Shown here: in pieces, positions 19,599 to 29,806 of the stretch
Layout of the letters: each line of letters starts with the position of its first letter
Numbering within the stretch: the stretch's first letter is position 1
From: a virus
DNA length: 64,000 nt
Virus record (IMG/VR): IMGVR_UViG_3300005573_001011
Location: 1 to 64,000 of that record
Strand: one strand, 5' to 3'
Translations under genes and position numbers: made by a program
The notes under the pieces: generated by a model
Told to the model about the DNA's origin: nothing
What the model saw: only the letters and a program-made list of their open reading frames with translations
Databases searched by the model: none

Positions 19599-20177
19599 AT
19601 GTCTGGAAACGTAATTTTTAAAGAAAAAGCTAAAGTACTGATTCTTTTTTCTGGTGGGGCAGATAGTACTCTGCTTGTAGAGTTAGCGAAAAGAATGACA
19701 AAAGAGGTTTTTTGCTTACTGATAGATTATAACCAATTACACAAACAAGAGTTAGAGTTTGCAAAAGAGTACTGTGTGAAAAACGACATCCCTTTTAAAG
19801 TAGCAAAAGTAGAACTCACAGCGGATAGTGGCTTGACTGGGACTGGCGAAAAAGGAAGATATCAGGGAGTTTCTCAATGGTATGTGCCAGCTAGAAATAC
19901 TATTTTCTTATCTTTAGCTGCGAGTGAAGCAGAGTCTCGTGGTATTGAAGAAATTTGGTATGGAGCAGATTGGTCAGATAGAGAAAATAATTTCCCGGAT
20001 TGCACTCAAGAGTACATTTATCGCATAAATGACTTACTTAAGTTTGCGGTGTCTTCACCAGTTAAAGTTTATGCTCCGACTCTAGGCTTAACTAAAGATA
20101 TGGTGAAGAATCTGCTAGAAAGTTTCGGAATAACTAAAGATCAGTACTTTTCTGGTTATGGAGATTTAGAAAGATGA
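19599..20177 (+). CDS. queC: QueC-like 7-cyano-7-deazaguanine synthase (lacks C-terminal Zn motif)
   Basis: FSGGADS PP-loop, DYNQ, YVPARN, FPDC. Confidence 0.85.
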   Translation: MSGNVIFKEKAKVLILFSGGADSTLLVELAKRMTKEVFCLLIDYNQLHKQELEFAKEYCVKNDIPFKVAKVELTADSGLTGTGEKGRYQGVSQWYVPARNTIFLSLAASEAESRGIEEIWYGADWSDRENNFPDCTQEYIYRINDLLKFAVSSPVKVYAPTLGLTKDMVKNLLESFGITKDQYFSGYGDLER

Positions 20178-20614
20178 AAATATACATGGCTGGAGCTCTC
20201 TTTACTGCTGCAGAAAGACTCTGGAATGAGAGAATTGCAAAGCGGTTAAGAGAGCTCGGCTACCAAGTTTTTCTTCCTCAGGAAGTACAAGAGACATCTG
20301 CTTTCGTCATTTTTTCTAAAGATGTTGCTGGATTAGATGATGCAGATGTAGTCGTGGCTTGGGTTGAGGGCCCGGACCCAGATAGCGGAACTTCATGGGA
20401 AATAGGTTATTCTTATGCAAACGGAAAGCTTATTATAGTTTACACAACTGACTCAAGGTTTTCTCAAGAAGATGAAAGGTATGACATAAATCCCATGATT
20501 GCAAAGTCCGCACACTTTTTCTTGCGATTTGATAGTTCGTCTTCACCAGAATTTATAGCTGACTGCTTAAATGACGTTATTACAATGGCTGCATCAGGAG
20601 GAAAAGATGCTTAG
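20174..20614 (+). CDS. Nucleoside 2-deoxyribosyltransferase family protein
   Basis: IYMAG, DSGTSWEIGY, N(P)MI. Confidence 0.85.
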   Translation: MKIYMAGALFTAAERLWNERIAKRLRELGYQVFLPQEVQETSAFVIFSKDVAGLDDADVVVAWVEGPDPDSGTSWEIGYSYANGKLIIVYTTDSRFSQEDERYDINPMIAKSAHFFLRFDSSSSPEFIADCLNDVITMAASGGKDA

Positions 20615-20819
20615 AGCTCTTTGGGTCAGGTTATTCATTCGTAGGTTTACTAATTTCGAGTTGTGTCGTAAGTGTAAAGGAAGTGGAAAAGTAACGACTT
20701 TCTACGTTTGGAAAGGCAACGAACTACAGAGGAGCAAAACTTTTGCCGACAAAGTGAATTGCCCAACATGTAATGGGAAAGGGTTTACCGACTGGGTTTC
20801 AAATATTCTTCGTCAGTAA
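20607..20819 (+). CDS. DnaJ-type Zn-finger small protein
   Basis: CRKCKGSG and CPTCNGKG. Confidence 0.7.
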   Translation: MLRALWVRLFIRRFTNFELCRKCKGSGKVTTFYVWKGNELQRSKTFADKVNCPTCNGKGFTDWVSNILRQ

Positions 20820-20839
20820 AAAAATAAGAAAGGAGAACA

Positions 20840-21247
20840 ATGATGAAGCTTAGTTCTAAAAAAGTAGCTACTAAATTGTTAGACAAACACTATAGTCCAA
20901 TGATTGTCAGGAAGTACCAAGTTAAGGAAGGTTGGCCGCTATTTGTTGGTATAATATGTGACGAATCTCTTTCCGACCTTGACGAAGTTGTGCATGCTTC
21001 TTTAGAAAAGTGTAGAGAAAACGGAATGATGCAAAACGATATTCAGTCACTAAGAGATGTTACTGGTTTCGTTTCCCAAAACATAATAGATTACTACGAT
21101 AAAAAGAAGACAGGGTGCGTAGAAGGGGTAGCTGTGCTATGGTATTGCGATAAAATGTGGATTTCTTCTTTATTCGGAGACTTTATGACACACCTTAGTT
21201 GTAAGTTAGAACTCTACCAAATAATAAATACAATGCCACATGTATAA
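20840..21247 (+). CDS. Hypothetical protein
   Basis: AAGGAG RBS, 135 aa. Confidence 0.65.
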   Translation: MMKLSSKKVATKLLDKHYSPMIVRKYQVKEGWPLFVGIICDESLSDLDEVVHASLEKCRENGMMQNDIQSLRDVTGFVSQNIIDYYDKKKTGCVEGVAVLWYCDKMWISSLFGDFMTHLSCKLELYQIINTMPHV

Positions 21248-21260
21248 GAGGAGGTTAGCG

Positions 21261-21461
21261 ATGGCAATTGTAAAAGTGAAATTTCTAGATGAGGAAAATA
21301 GAGTTTCTGGTGTGAAATTTGATGCCGACGATGACAATATCGGTATAACTGTTAAAAGAATACTAGTCGAAGGGCTTTTCTTGAAGCTAGAACACACGTC
21401 GATTGGTGTTCCTAGCCATAGAATCTTGTTTGTCTCTTGCGAACAGAAGGAGAAAAAATGA
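21261..21461 (+). CDS. Small hypothetical protein
   Basis: GGAGG RBS and ATGA overlap with thyX. Confidence 0.65.
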   Translation: MAIVKVKFLDEENRVSGVKFDADDDNIGITVKRILVEGLFLKLEHTSIGVPSHRILFVSCEQKEKK

Positions 21462-22165
21462 AAGTTATTAAGCAATACTGGAAGTATGAAAGTGAGCATT
21501 CGTACAGTAGTGCGTTAGCTTTAATCGAAGCGGCTGCTAGGACTTGCTATAAAAGTAATTCTGCTAGTGACTCTCTCGAAGAAAAAGAGAACTTTATTAG
21601 GAGACTAATAGTTTCTGGACATCACTCTGTTTTAGAGCACTACAGTATCTCTCTTCGGATTATTACAGACCGAGGAGTTACTCATGAATTGGTAAGACAC
21701 AGGATCTGCTCATATTCTCAAGAAAGTACTCGGTACTGTAACTATTCGAATGACAGATTTGGTAACGAAATAACTGTCATCCTTCCAGTTTGGTTCTACG
21801 ATATAGATACTGACAAAATCAGATTCTTAAGAAGCTCATCTTCAAATGAAATTTCACTTCTTGAAGTTCAGTATCTCGAGTGGTTTACTGCATGTCAAGT
21901 CGCTGAAGATTCCTACTTCCGCTTACTTAACTTGGGGCAGCAACCACAGCAAGCTAGATCGGTCTTACCTAACAGTTTGAAAACTGAAATAGTAACGACA
22001 GCTAACTTAAGAGAATGGAGACACATTCTAAAACTTCGAACTGACAAACGGGCGCACCCCCAAATGAGAAGCCTAATGCTAGACATTCTGACGAACTTTA
22101 AGAAAGATTTTCCAGTTTTCTTCGAAGATATAGAAGGAGGTAATATTGAAGAAGTACAAGTGTAA
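21458..22165 (+). CDS. thyX: Flavin-dependent thymidylate synthase
   Basis: GHHSVLEH, ELVRHR-x7-S (SQESTRY), ARSVLP, NLREW, LR...AHPQMR. Confidence 0.95.
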   Translation: MKVIKQYWKYESEHSYSSALALIEAAARTCYKSNSASDSLEEKENFIRRLIVSGHHSVLEHYSISLRIITDRGVTHELVRHRICSYSQESTRYCNYSNDRFGNEITVILPVWFYDIDTDKIRFLRSSSSNEISLLEVQYLEWFTACQVAEDSYFRLLNLGQQPQQARSVLPNSLKTEIVTTANLREWRHILKLRTDKRAHPQMRSLMLDILTNFKKDFPVFFEDIEGGNIEEVQV

Positions 22166-22523
22166 CGTCAATGGTACTAGTTTTTTCGTGCTTGAAAACC
22201 ACCCTTTTCCGCGAAAAGTTGGTTACGAAGCGGTGGTTTTGTACCCATATATTTTTCTTAGTGGTTCAGTAGATGAAGCTTTTAAGAACTCAGTGCTTAG
22301 CCATGAGTTAGTGCATATTATGCAGCAAAAAGACACACCTTTACTACTATTTCTTCTTAAGTATATTGCTAGTTCCTTAAAGAACTTGCTTAAGTACAGG
22401 AACGTGATACAAGCATATTTGCATAACCGATTTGAAGTCGAAGCTTACGCAAAAGCTAAAGAATTTACGAAGTTTGCAGAAGAAGTAGTAGAACAATGTA
22501 AGAAACAATCTTCGCCAGGGTGA
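22146..22523 (+). CDS. HEXXH metallopeptidase-like protein
   Basis: SHELVH...FEVEAY. Confidence 0.7.
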   Translation: MKKYKCNVNGTSFFVLENHPFPRKVGYEAVVLYPYIFLSGSVDEAFKNSVLSHELVHIMQQKDTPLLLFLLKYIASSLKNLLKYRNVIQAYLHNRFEVEAYAKAKEFTKFAEEVVEQCKKQSSPG

Positions 22524-22558
22524 ACAAAATAGCATAGAAGTTTCGAAGGAGAGAGCGA

Positions 22559-23062
22559 ATGCATTCGAAAAGAAAGAGAAGACCATGTGTAGTAGCCCCA
22601 CACTATGATGACGAAGTAATTGGTTGTTTCGAAGTTCTACTAGCTAGTGAAGACTCAGTTGTCGTTTATACTAACGAACACCCACCAGTCCACTGTAGAG
22701 CTAGGATTGTCGAACCTAGCTCTCCACCTTTGTGGCCAAAGATTTCGGAGTTCACTTTTTCACCGACTCTTCCTAAAGCCTTTATAAGAGAAAGTGAGCT
22801 ATTTACTTTCTACTTTCCAGACCCAGTTTATGAAGTACATCCTGAGCACAGATTCCAAGGGGCGTTCGGTGAAAAACTACTTAGACAAGGGTTCGATGTA
22901 GTCTTTTACACTACTAATATGCTAGCTCCCTACATCCACAGAGTAAAAGATTCGACCCTGAAACTGCGAGTTCTAAATAACTACTATCCGAATAAGTCGT
23001 CATTGTGGGAGTACGATTACAAGTACTTCTTGTTCGAAGGAAGAATTAAATGGCTTATGTGA
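22559..23062 (+). CDS. PIG-L/LmbE-family deacetylase-like protein
   Basis: APHYDDEVIG and HPEH motifs. Confidence 0.75.
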   Translation: MHSKRKRRPCVVAPHYDDEVIGCFEVLLASEDSVVVYTNEHPPVHCRARIVEPSSPPLWPKISEFTFSPTLPKAFIRESELFTFYFPDPVYEVHPEHRFQGAFGEKLLRQGFDVVFYTTNMLAPYIHRVKDSTLKLRVLNNYYPNKSSLWEYDYKYFLFEGRIKWLM

Positions 23063-23075
23063 AAGGGAGGTGCAA

Positions 23076-23495
23076 ATGAAGAAGATAGTTCTATTCGGCT
23101 CAACTAACTATATGGGGCAGATGCTAGAGATGAGAGACGTTCTGACTAGAATGGGGCACTTAGTAAGATTACCAGCTTTCGACAGATTCCCGAACATGTC
23201 TGCTTACGATGTTTGTGACTACAATCGGTCTTTGGTTGACTGGTGTGACGTCGCATTCTTCTGGTGGGACCAGAGGTCGCCAGGAGCAATCTTCGATTTC
23301 GGTATGGTATTTATGTCGAGAAAACCTATTAAAATTATCTATCTCGAGAAAAAAGTGTTTAAAGACGTTTTCCTCGAATACGAAGAAAAGTCAATGAAAG
23401 AAGTAGCCAACGATATCGATTTCGAAGAAGTCATGAAACTTTACTCGAAAGCCCTTGAATCTCGGAAAGGACTTTTTGTAGATAAGAAAGTGTAG
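23076..23495 (+). CDS. Nucleoside deoxyribosyltransferase/nucleotide hydrolase-like protein
   Basis: SPGAIFDFGM motif with flavodoxin-like pattern. Confidence 0.5.
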   Translation: MKKIVLFGSTNYMGQMLEMRDVLTRMGHLVRLPAFDRFPNMSAYDVCDYNRSLVDWCDVAFFWWDQRSPGAIFDFGMVFMSRKPIKIIYLEKKVFKDVFLEYEEKSMKEVANDIDFEEVMKLYSKALESRKGLFVDKKV

Positions 23496-23503
23496 GTTCT
23501 ACA

Positions 23504-24445
23504 ATGTCTAGACTAATCTTCGTACCACAGCTTCCGACTCCCATGCGCTACCAAGAGTGGTGGTTTGAATTCTTCCCGTTGTACTTTAGAGAGTATTACA
23601 ACGAAGTAGTAGTTTTGCGGGGGCTAGAAAAGACAAAGGACTGGGAAAAGCAAGTAAATAGACCATCTCCTTTGTTCGCACCCGTATACTCTTCTATTGT
23701 GCACGAGCTCTTGCAAATAAAAGAATATTTGTCTCTGGAATTGAAAAAGAATGACACTCTGTTTCTTTCTGACCTTTCTTTTCCAGGGTTCTTCTCTTGT
23801 GTCTTGCACCATAAGAGACCTAAGAAAACATTTGCTTTTTGTCATGCAACTAGCAAAAATCGCTACGATTACTTCCAACCAGTTAGAAGAAGTAAGTGGC
23901 GTATGGAGACTGGGTCTGCAAAGCTTTTTGACAAAGTGTTTGTATCTACTAATTACCATAAGGAAAAGCTAGGTTGGCCAAATATTGAAGTTGTTGGTTT
24001 GCCGAGACCACCCTTTAGAACTTATCGAGAACCTAAACTATTCAATATAGTTTCCGTAGCTAGGCCGTCTGTACAGAAAGTGAACAAGAAGCTCGAAAAG
24101 CATATAGAAGCTCAGTTCGGAAAGATTATTAGACCTAATGTGACGACTTGGTCTCAGTACTATAAGTTTCTGTCGTCAGCGAAAATTCTTCTGGTTACCA
24201 GTAAAGAAGATACTTTCAATTACTCGGTAATGGAAGCTATTCTAAATAAGACAATACCAGTAGTTCCGAATGACTTTTGCTTTCCAGAGCTTTTAAACAG
24301 AAACTATAGGTACGATAACGAAGAAGAGTTAGTAGAAATTTTGGAACGATACTTAAAACACCCAGATAGAGTTCCGAAGCTCTTAAACAGGAAGCTAGTG
24401 AAGAACTTTTTTAAAGAAGTTACTAACATAATGAAAGGAGAATAA
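23504..24445 (+). CDS. GT-B glycosyltransferase (possibly DNA-base modifying)
   Basis: EDTFNYSVMEA...PEL. Lies in the nucleotide/DNA-modification neighbourhood. Confidence 0.75.
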   Translation: MSRLIFVPQLPTPMRYQEWWFEFFPLYFREYYNEVVVLRGLEKTKDWEKQVNRPSPLFAPVYSSIVHELLQIKEYLSLELKKNDTLFLSDLSFPGFFSCVLHHKRPKKTFAFCHATSKNRYDYFQPVRRSKWRMETGSAKLFDKVFVSTNYHKEKLGWPNIEVVGLPRPPFRTYREPKLFNIVSVARPSVQKVNKKLEKHIEAQFGKIIRPNVTTWSQYYKFLSSAKILLVTSKEDTFNYSVMEAILNKTIPVVPNDFCFPELLNRNYRYDNEEELVEILERYLKHPDRVPKLLNRKLVKNFFKEVTNIMKGE

Positions 24446-24449
24446 CGAG

Positions 24450-24878
24450 ATGCAGAAGTTAAACATTGCGAAAGCATTGGAAGATATTGCAATTTTCAGA
24501 AAGTACTTACCAGAGTGCATCACTATGCCAGAGAAGTCTCCGTTTACAACACTGTACGGCAAGGTTCTTTTGCTATTAAAGTCTGGTGAAAAGCTTTCAG
24601 CTAGCGATATTTCGTCAGTGCTTGACACACCACCACAAAGAGTTAGACGTCAGTTGCAAGACATTACTCGCAGATCTGCTTTGGGAGCGTTTGTGAAAAC
24701 TGAAAAAGTTGGAAAAAAGACGTACTACTACTTTAATGAGGAAGTCCCATTTGGAGTTGCTTACGTCTTGGGTTACAAGACTTTCACTGGAAGAAAGAGA
24801 GTTAAAGAAGCGAGAAAGAGAAACGAAGAAGTAAGGGAAGAAAAAATAAATAAAAGTAGAGAAATTCTGTCAGAATAG
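24450..24878 (+). CDS. Winged-helix DNA-binding protein
   Basis: LSASDISSVLDTPPQRVRRQLQDI helix-turn-helix plus wing GKKTYY. Confidence 0.65.
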   Translation: MQKLNIAKALEDIAIFRKYLPECITMPEKSPFTTLYGKVLLLLKSGEKLSASDISSVLDTPPQRVRRQLQDITRRSALGAFVKTEKVGKKTYYYFNEEVPFGVAYVLGYKTFTGRKRVKEARKRNEEVREEKINKSREILSE

Positions 24879-24888
24879 AGAGTGAAAT

Positions 24889-25377
24889 ATGTTTAAAGAG
24901 TTCTTCGACTGGCTATTTGACTCAAACTTAAGCACTCCAGTACCGAAAGTATGTCTAGCGTACAATAGTCCTATAACGCACACGTTCGTTATTTCTCTCT
25001 TTCTCAAGCATGGAGCTTTAAACTGCTTCTTAAACAAATACTTTAACAATATTGGTGTTAGGTATTTGGAAAAAGAAGACCTCTTTAAGTTTATTAAGAA
25101 GTGCGTTATAGATTGTAAGGTTAAGAGGTCGTCAATACCTTTCTTCTCTAAGCAAAGGAACACGAAGTTGTTTGAAGCTTTGAGAAGGAAGATGCCAGTC
25201 TTGAAGAACTCTGACATTTCTCTTTTGTGCTCCTTTATAGAGGAATCACCACAGAAGCAGTCAGTATACGCTTCTCTTGGTTTAGAAAGTCCTGAGAAGC
25301 AAGAGACGAAAAAAAGAGAGAGCCGGGTAAGAGTGAAAGATTTTATAGAAAAGAACTTCACTTTTACCCGGCAGTGA
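24889..25377 (+). CDS. Hypothetical protein
   Basis: 162-aa ORF in the operon. Confidence 0.65.
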   Translation: MFKEFFDWLFDSNLSTPVPKVCLAYNSPITHTFVISLFLKHGALNCFLNKYFNNIGVRYLEKEDLFKFIKKCVIDCKVKRSSIPFFSKQRNTKLFEALRRKMPVLKNSDISLLCSFIEESPQKQSVYASLGLESPEKQETKKRESRVRVKDFIEKNFTFTRQ

Positions 25378-25379
25378 GT

Positions 25380-25781
25380 TTAGAATACTACAGCTCTTCT
25401 AACTCCAGGGAAGAGCCGTTTGTACAGATTTTGAGCCATCTCTGGTGTTAGAACTGGGTTATTGACTGGAGCTTTCAATTGTTTACCAGTCCCAGCGCAA
25501 ACCGGGCAGATGAAAATTTTTTCTACTTTCCTGTCGACTACCTTGGGAAAGAATCCAGTCCCTTTACAGTGGTGGCAGTTAAAGTGGACTGGAACTTTTA
25601 TAATCGCTTTCGGATACTTTTTTAGAAGTGAGATAGCGTATGCTAGAAGAATGTTTTTGCACATAATTGACGTGTTTGTTGTTGGCCGGTTTTCATAAGC
25701 TTGAAAAATATCGGCCACTAAAGTTTTGCTAGATAGGCTAATACCAAAAAACTTCGCGGCTTCTTCTGTTAGGTTTTGCAT
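25380..25781 (-). CDS. DnaJ-type Zn-finger protein
   Basis: CHHCKGTG and CPVCAGTG. AGGAGG RBS and upstream TATATATA motif. Confidence 0.75.
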   Translation of the reverse strand: MQNLTEEAAKFFGISLSSKTLVADIFQAYENRPTTNTSIMCKNILLAYAISLLKKYPKAIIKVPVHFNCHHCKGTGFFPKVVDRKVEKIFICPVCAGTGKQLKAPVNNPVLTPEMAQNLYKRLFPGVRRAVVF

Positions 25782-25857
25782 ATTTTTTCCTCCTTCTTTT
25801 TTTTTGCTTCAAGAAGGAATATATATAGTTAAGTCAAGAGTAACTTAGAACAAAAAC

Positions 25858-28800
25858 TTGGTGATGAAAATGATAAGTATAAAGAAATCGTTTGCCGACT
25901 GCATGTCTTGCCCGCTACTAGATGCGCCCTCATGCATCCTCGAAACGAATGCTGAGTACGTAGACGAAGTAGAAGTTATATTTGTAGCAGAAAACCCTGG
26001 TAAAGAAGAAGTAGAAAAAGAAGTTCCATTAGTTGGTAGAGCTGGACAACTTTTCAGGAAGTACATGAAGAAGTACAAGATCGACAAACTAAAGTACTTG
26101 CTGACGAATGTAGTGTTATGCCAGACTATAAAGAAAGATGGAACAACTGGAAATCCAGACGACTCAGTAATTAACTTGTGCAAAGAAAACTGCTTTAAGA
26201 TTATTGAAGCGTGTAATCCCAAGCTATTAGTCCTGATGGGTGCAACACCAATGAAAGCTTTCTCAATTACTACAGACTACAGAGGGACTGTTACAACATT
26301 AAGAGGACAATTCTATAAGTGGAAGAATATAGACACATTCCTAACTGTACATCCGTCGTTCGTAAATAGGTCTCCATCGTTTGAGCCAACCTTCGACTCA
26401 GATATGAAGAAAGTAGCAGAATTCTTGGGTATTGAGAAAGTTGAGCAAGAAGTAAAGGTAGTAGAAACTAAGAAAGGAGTCTTCTTTTATAAGATTCCAG
26501 AAAAATTCTACAGTGAAGACTTTCGACTTGTTGACGTCCAGTTTTTAAAGAACAGTAAACAGATTCTCTACATTTTCAGAGACAAAGATAACAAGAAGCA
26601 TTACCATAAAGAAAGCGACAAGTACGTTTGCTACCAAGCTTCTGGAAGCTCGTATCCAAAGAAGCTCGCTGACTACAAGGACTTAAATCAAGTTTCGATT
26701 CCGTATTCTGCTAAGTATAAGCTCAAAAATGACGTAACTTTCGAAGGGGACCTAAAGCTTACTACAAAACATGTTCAAGACTATTATCTTCAGTCTAAAG
26801 GAGACCCTTCTGACACTAATCTTAATATACTGTTTCTAGATATTGAGGTCTTCTCAAAAGAAAAGGACTTTCCAGACGTTTCTTTAGCAAAAGATCCGAT
26901 TGTTATAATATGTACTTCATTCGCTGGAAGAAAGAAAGTTTACTGCTTAGATCCAAAAGTAGTTTCTCCAGAGACTGAAGCAGTACAACCTTCTGAAACT
27001 ATCTTCGTCTTTAAGACTGAAAGAGAAATGTTGCAAGAGTTTATAAGAGACGTCCGCGAGCTAGATCCAGACATCATATCTGGGTGGAATGTTGTTCGAT
27101 TTGACCTTGGTTACATTAACAATAGATGTAAAGCTCTTGGTATTCCTCTCTCTAGAATATCTAAGTTCGGGGATGTAGATATAGACGAATCTCAGAACTA
27201 TGCTGACATTGGTGGTATAAATGTAGTGGATCAGCTTGAACTTTATAGAGACTTGACTCAAGGGTTGAGAGAAAATTACAGATTAGCTACTATCGCCCAG
27301 TTAGAGCTTGGAGAAACTAAGTTAGAAGTTGGCTCTTTTTCTGAGACTTACAAACATTCTCCGCTAGTGGCTATCCACTATTGCATTAGAGACGTAGAAC
27401 TGCTAGAAAAACTCGAAGAAAAACTAAAACACATCTCATTGTTAAATGAGCTAAGGAGAGTTTGTAAGTGTAGTCTTAGAGCGGCAACTGGAACTCTTTC
27501 TTTAGTTGACTCTCTAATAGTTTCTTTCTTAAAGCAAAAAGGTATTGCTTCTAAGAATGCAGACATTCATGAAAGTGAGGGAGCTTTTGAGGGAGCTTAT
27601 GTAAAAGAGCCGGAAGTTGGTATCCATGAGTTTATAGTAGACTTCGACTTCACGTCCTTGTATCCTAGCTTAATAATGACTTACAACATTGGAATTAATA
27701 CATTAGTCTTAAAATTTGCTGAGTACAAAGATGGATATACTTTTTTATACGAGCCTGAGAAGCTTCCAGAAACTGTTAGAGTAGTACTAGATCCAGTTTA
27801 CAATACGTCGATTTCGGAAATGTCTAGAGACGACTTTTATAAGTTAGTTAAGGAAAAGAACTTGATAGCTACAGTTAGCGGTTGCTTTTTTAAGCCTCAT
27901 CAAGAAGAGCTTTCTATTTACTCAGAGATTTTGGAGATGCTTCTGTCTTCGAGAAAGATTTATAAGGAAAAGATGTTCGAAGCTAAGCAGAAGCAAGAAA
28001 AGAACTTGGAAGAGATGTATAATATTAGGCAAAACGTTTATAAGATTCTTGCAAATGCGATGTACGGAGCTCTCGGAAATCACGTATTCAGGTTCTTTAA
28101 CGTAGACTGCGCGAGAACAATTACTTTAAGCGGTCAAGAGGCTATGAAAACTGCTTTAGTAGCTAGCAATAACTTTATAGAAGCTTTGAAGACGGGTGCT
28201 CAGCCCTCTTCTAAAGTAGCAATTAGTTGTCGAGAAATGTACGGTGATTTAGAATGTAAGACTCCAAATGTAGTGGCTGGAGACACTGACTCTTTATTTG
28301 TAACTTACGAAACTCTACTGAAGAAAGGGTCTGTAGAAGAAAAGCTAGAGCAAGTTAACCACATAAACACTCTTTTATTGCAGTTCTTAAATAATGAAGT
28401 AGTTCCATCTTTGGTGACAAGACACAATGTGGAGCCTGAGTTTAATCGACTAGAACTAAAGAACGAACTAGTTATTAAGAGAGGCATCTACCTAGCTAAG
28501 AAAAGGTACTCTAACTACGTAGTTTCTCAGGAAGGAAGAAAAGTAGATGAAGTACGATCAATGGGTCTAGAAACTAGAAGAAGTGATTATCCGAGTTACT
28601 CAAAAGAATGCATAAAACAACTTTTGGACTTAATACTCAAACCAGAAGAGCTCTCGATTAAGAGAGTGCTTGACTTCGTTAAGGATAAAGAGAATGACTT
28701 TATCGAAAAAATTAAGAACGGTAGTAAAGATATTGCTAGACCAGTTACATGGACAAAAAAGGTAAGTGACTACAAGACAGTTCCACAGGGAGTTAAGGCT

Positions 28801-29100
28801 ATGCAAACTTGGAACTCTTTAATGTATCACGCCTTCGGCCCGGGATCAAGAGGATACTTATTTAAACTCGATGGAATAGATGTGGAAAGAGCACCGAAAG
28901 AAGTTGTAGAAAAGTATGACAAAGAGTTTTTGGCAAAAGGAAAGAAAATAGAAGAAATAGCAATTCCAGACGAAGAACCACGATTGCCAAATTTCTTCGT
29001 TCCTGATATAAAAGCTATGCTAAAGTTTTCTTGGCGCGATAGATATTCTTTACTGCTTCAACCATTTGTAGAAGTAGAAGAAACAATACTTAGTATCTAG
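25858..29100 (+). CDS. polB: Family-4 uracil-DNA glycosylase fused to family-B DNA polymerase
   Basis: N-terminus has CxxCPL, AENPG, VGRAG, TNVVLC, HPS. Exonuclease DIE / GWNVVRFD / YCIRD. Polymerase DFTSLYPS, KILANAMYG, GDTDS, KKRY. True start is probably 25864 or 25870. Confidence 0.95.
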   Translation: MVMKMISIKKSFADCMSCPLLDAPSCILETNAEYVDEVEVIFVAENPGKEEVEKEVPLVGRAGQLFRKYMKKYKIDKLKYLLTNVVLCQTIKKDGTTGNPDDSVINLCKENCFKIIEACNPKLLVLMGATPMKAFSITTDYRGTVTTLRGQFYKWKNIDTFLTVHPSFVNRSPSFEPTFDSDMKKVAEFLGIEKVEQEVKVVETKKGVFFYKIPEKFYSEDFRLVDVQFLKNSKQILYIFRDKDNKKHYHKESDKYVCYQASGSSYPKKLADYKDLNQVSIPYSAKYKLKNDVTFEGDLKLTTKHVQDYYLQSKGDPSDTNLNILFLDIEVFSKEKDFPDVSLAKDPIVIICTSFAGRKKVYCLDPKVVSPETEAVQPSETIFVFKTEREMLQEFIRDVRELDPDIISGWNVVRFDLGYINNRCKALGIPLSRISKFGDVDIDESQNYADIGGINVVDQLELYRDLTQGLRENYRLATIAQLELGETKLEVGSFSETYKHSPLVAIHYCIRDVELLEKLEEKLKHISLLNELRRVCKCSLRAATGTLSLVDSLIVSFLKQKGIASKNADIHESEGAFEGAYVKEPEVGIHEFIVDFDFTSLYPSLIMTYNIGINTLVLKFAEYKDGYTFLYEPEKLPETVRVVLDPVYNTSISEMSRDDFYKLVKEKNLIATVSGCFFKPHQEELSIYSEILEMLLSSRKIYKEKMFEAKQKQEKNLEEMYNIRQNVYKILANAMYGALGNHVFRFFNVDCARTITLSGQEAMKTALVASNNFIEALKTGAQPSSKVAISCREMYGDLECKTPNVVAGDTDSLFVTYETLLKKGSVEEKLEQVNHINTLLLQFLNNEVVPSLVTRHNVEPEFNRLELKNELVIKRGIYLAKKRYSNYVVSQEGRKVDEVRSMGLETRRSDYPSYSKECIKQLLDLILKPEELSIKRVLDFVKDKENDFIEKIKNGSKDIARPVTWTKKVSDYKTVPQGVKAMQTWNSLMYHAFGPGSRGYLFKLDGIDVERAPKEVVEKYDKEFLAKGKKIEEIAIPDEEPRLPNFFVPDIKAMLKFSWRDRYSLLLQPFVEVEETILSI

Positions 29101-29125
29101 AACAAAAAAAAAGAAGGGAGGAAGT

Positions 29126-29794
29126 ATGAAAGTAAACTTAATTGAGAACTTTTTGTCTTGGCAAGGAGAAGGTCCATCCGCTGGTAAGCTAATGCTCATT
29201 CTTAGATTCAAGACTTGTAGTCGTAAGGTTCCATGCTACTTTTGTGACACTCAAGTAAAGATGAAAGCACTTCAAGAAGCTGAGTATACTCTTAACCAGA
29301 TCCAAGCAACCGTAAGTAGAACGAAATGTGGTATTATGGTTACCGGCGGAGAACCAACGTTTGAAGAGAACTATAGACAAACTTATACTTTGCTTACTAG
29401 ACTAAAGTATCCTCTCGCAAATGTGGAAACGAACGGATACAATCTTGTAAAGTTAGCGGGTGAAGTGAGCAGAAGAAACGTACAGTTTGTGTGGTCTCCC
29501 AAGATTTTTTCTGACGAAGAGCTAATTTGGTCTCTTGCGTTAGTTGAGAAGATTGTAGAAGACAACAGAATATTTATAAAGCTTGTTGCTCCAACTTTGA
29601 AAAAGTACGAAATCTCTTTTCTTGATTCAGTACTAAACAAAAAAGAAATAGATATAAGAGATAGGATCTACTTAATGCCTGAGGGCAAAACGAGAGAAGA
29701 GATAATTAAGAACGCCCCGCATGTACTCGAGTTGTGTCAGTCTTATAGTGTAAACTTTTCTTCACGAAACCACCTTATTTTCGGGTTTGTCTAA
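29126..29794 (+). CDS. queE: QueE-like radical SAM (7-carboxy-7-deazaguanine synthase)
   Basis: ENFLSWQGEG, C-x5-C-x2-C-DT, TGGEP, ETNG, SPK. Confidence 0.85.
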   Translation: MKVNLIENFLSWQGEGPSAGKLMLILRFKTCSRKVPCYFCDTQVKMKALQEAEYTLNQIQATVSRTKCGIMVTGGEPTFEENYRQTYTLLTRLKYPLANVETNGYNLVKLAGEVSRRNVQFVWSPKIFSDEELIWSLALVEKIVEDNRIFIKLVAPTLKKYEISFLDSVLNKKEIDIRDRIYLMPEGKTREEIIKNAPHVLELCQSYSVNFSSRNHLIFGFV

Positions 29795-29806
29795 TAGAAA
29801 GGAGAG

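Noticed and set aside
24870-25361. 163-aa minus-strand ORF
   Set aside because: It is fully antisense to 24889-25377, which fits the plus-strand operon.
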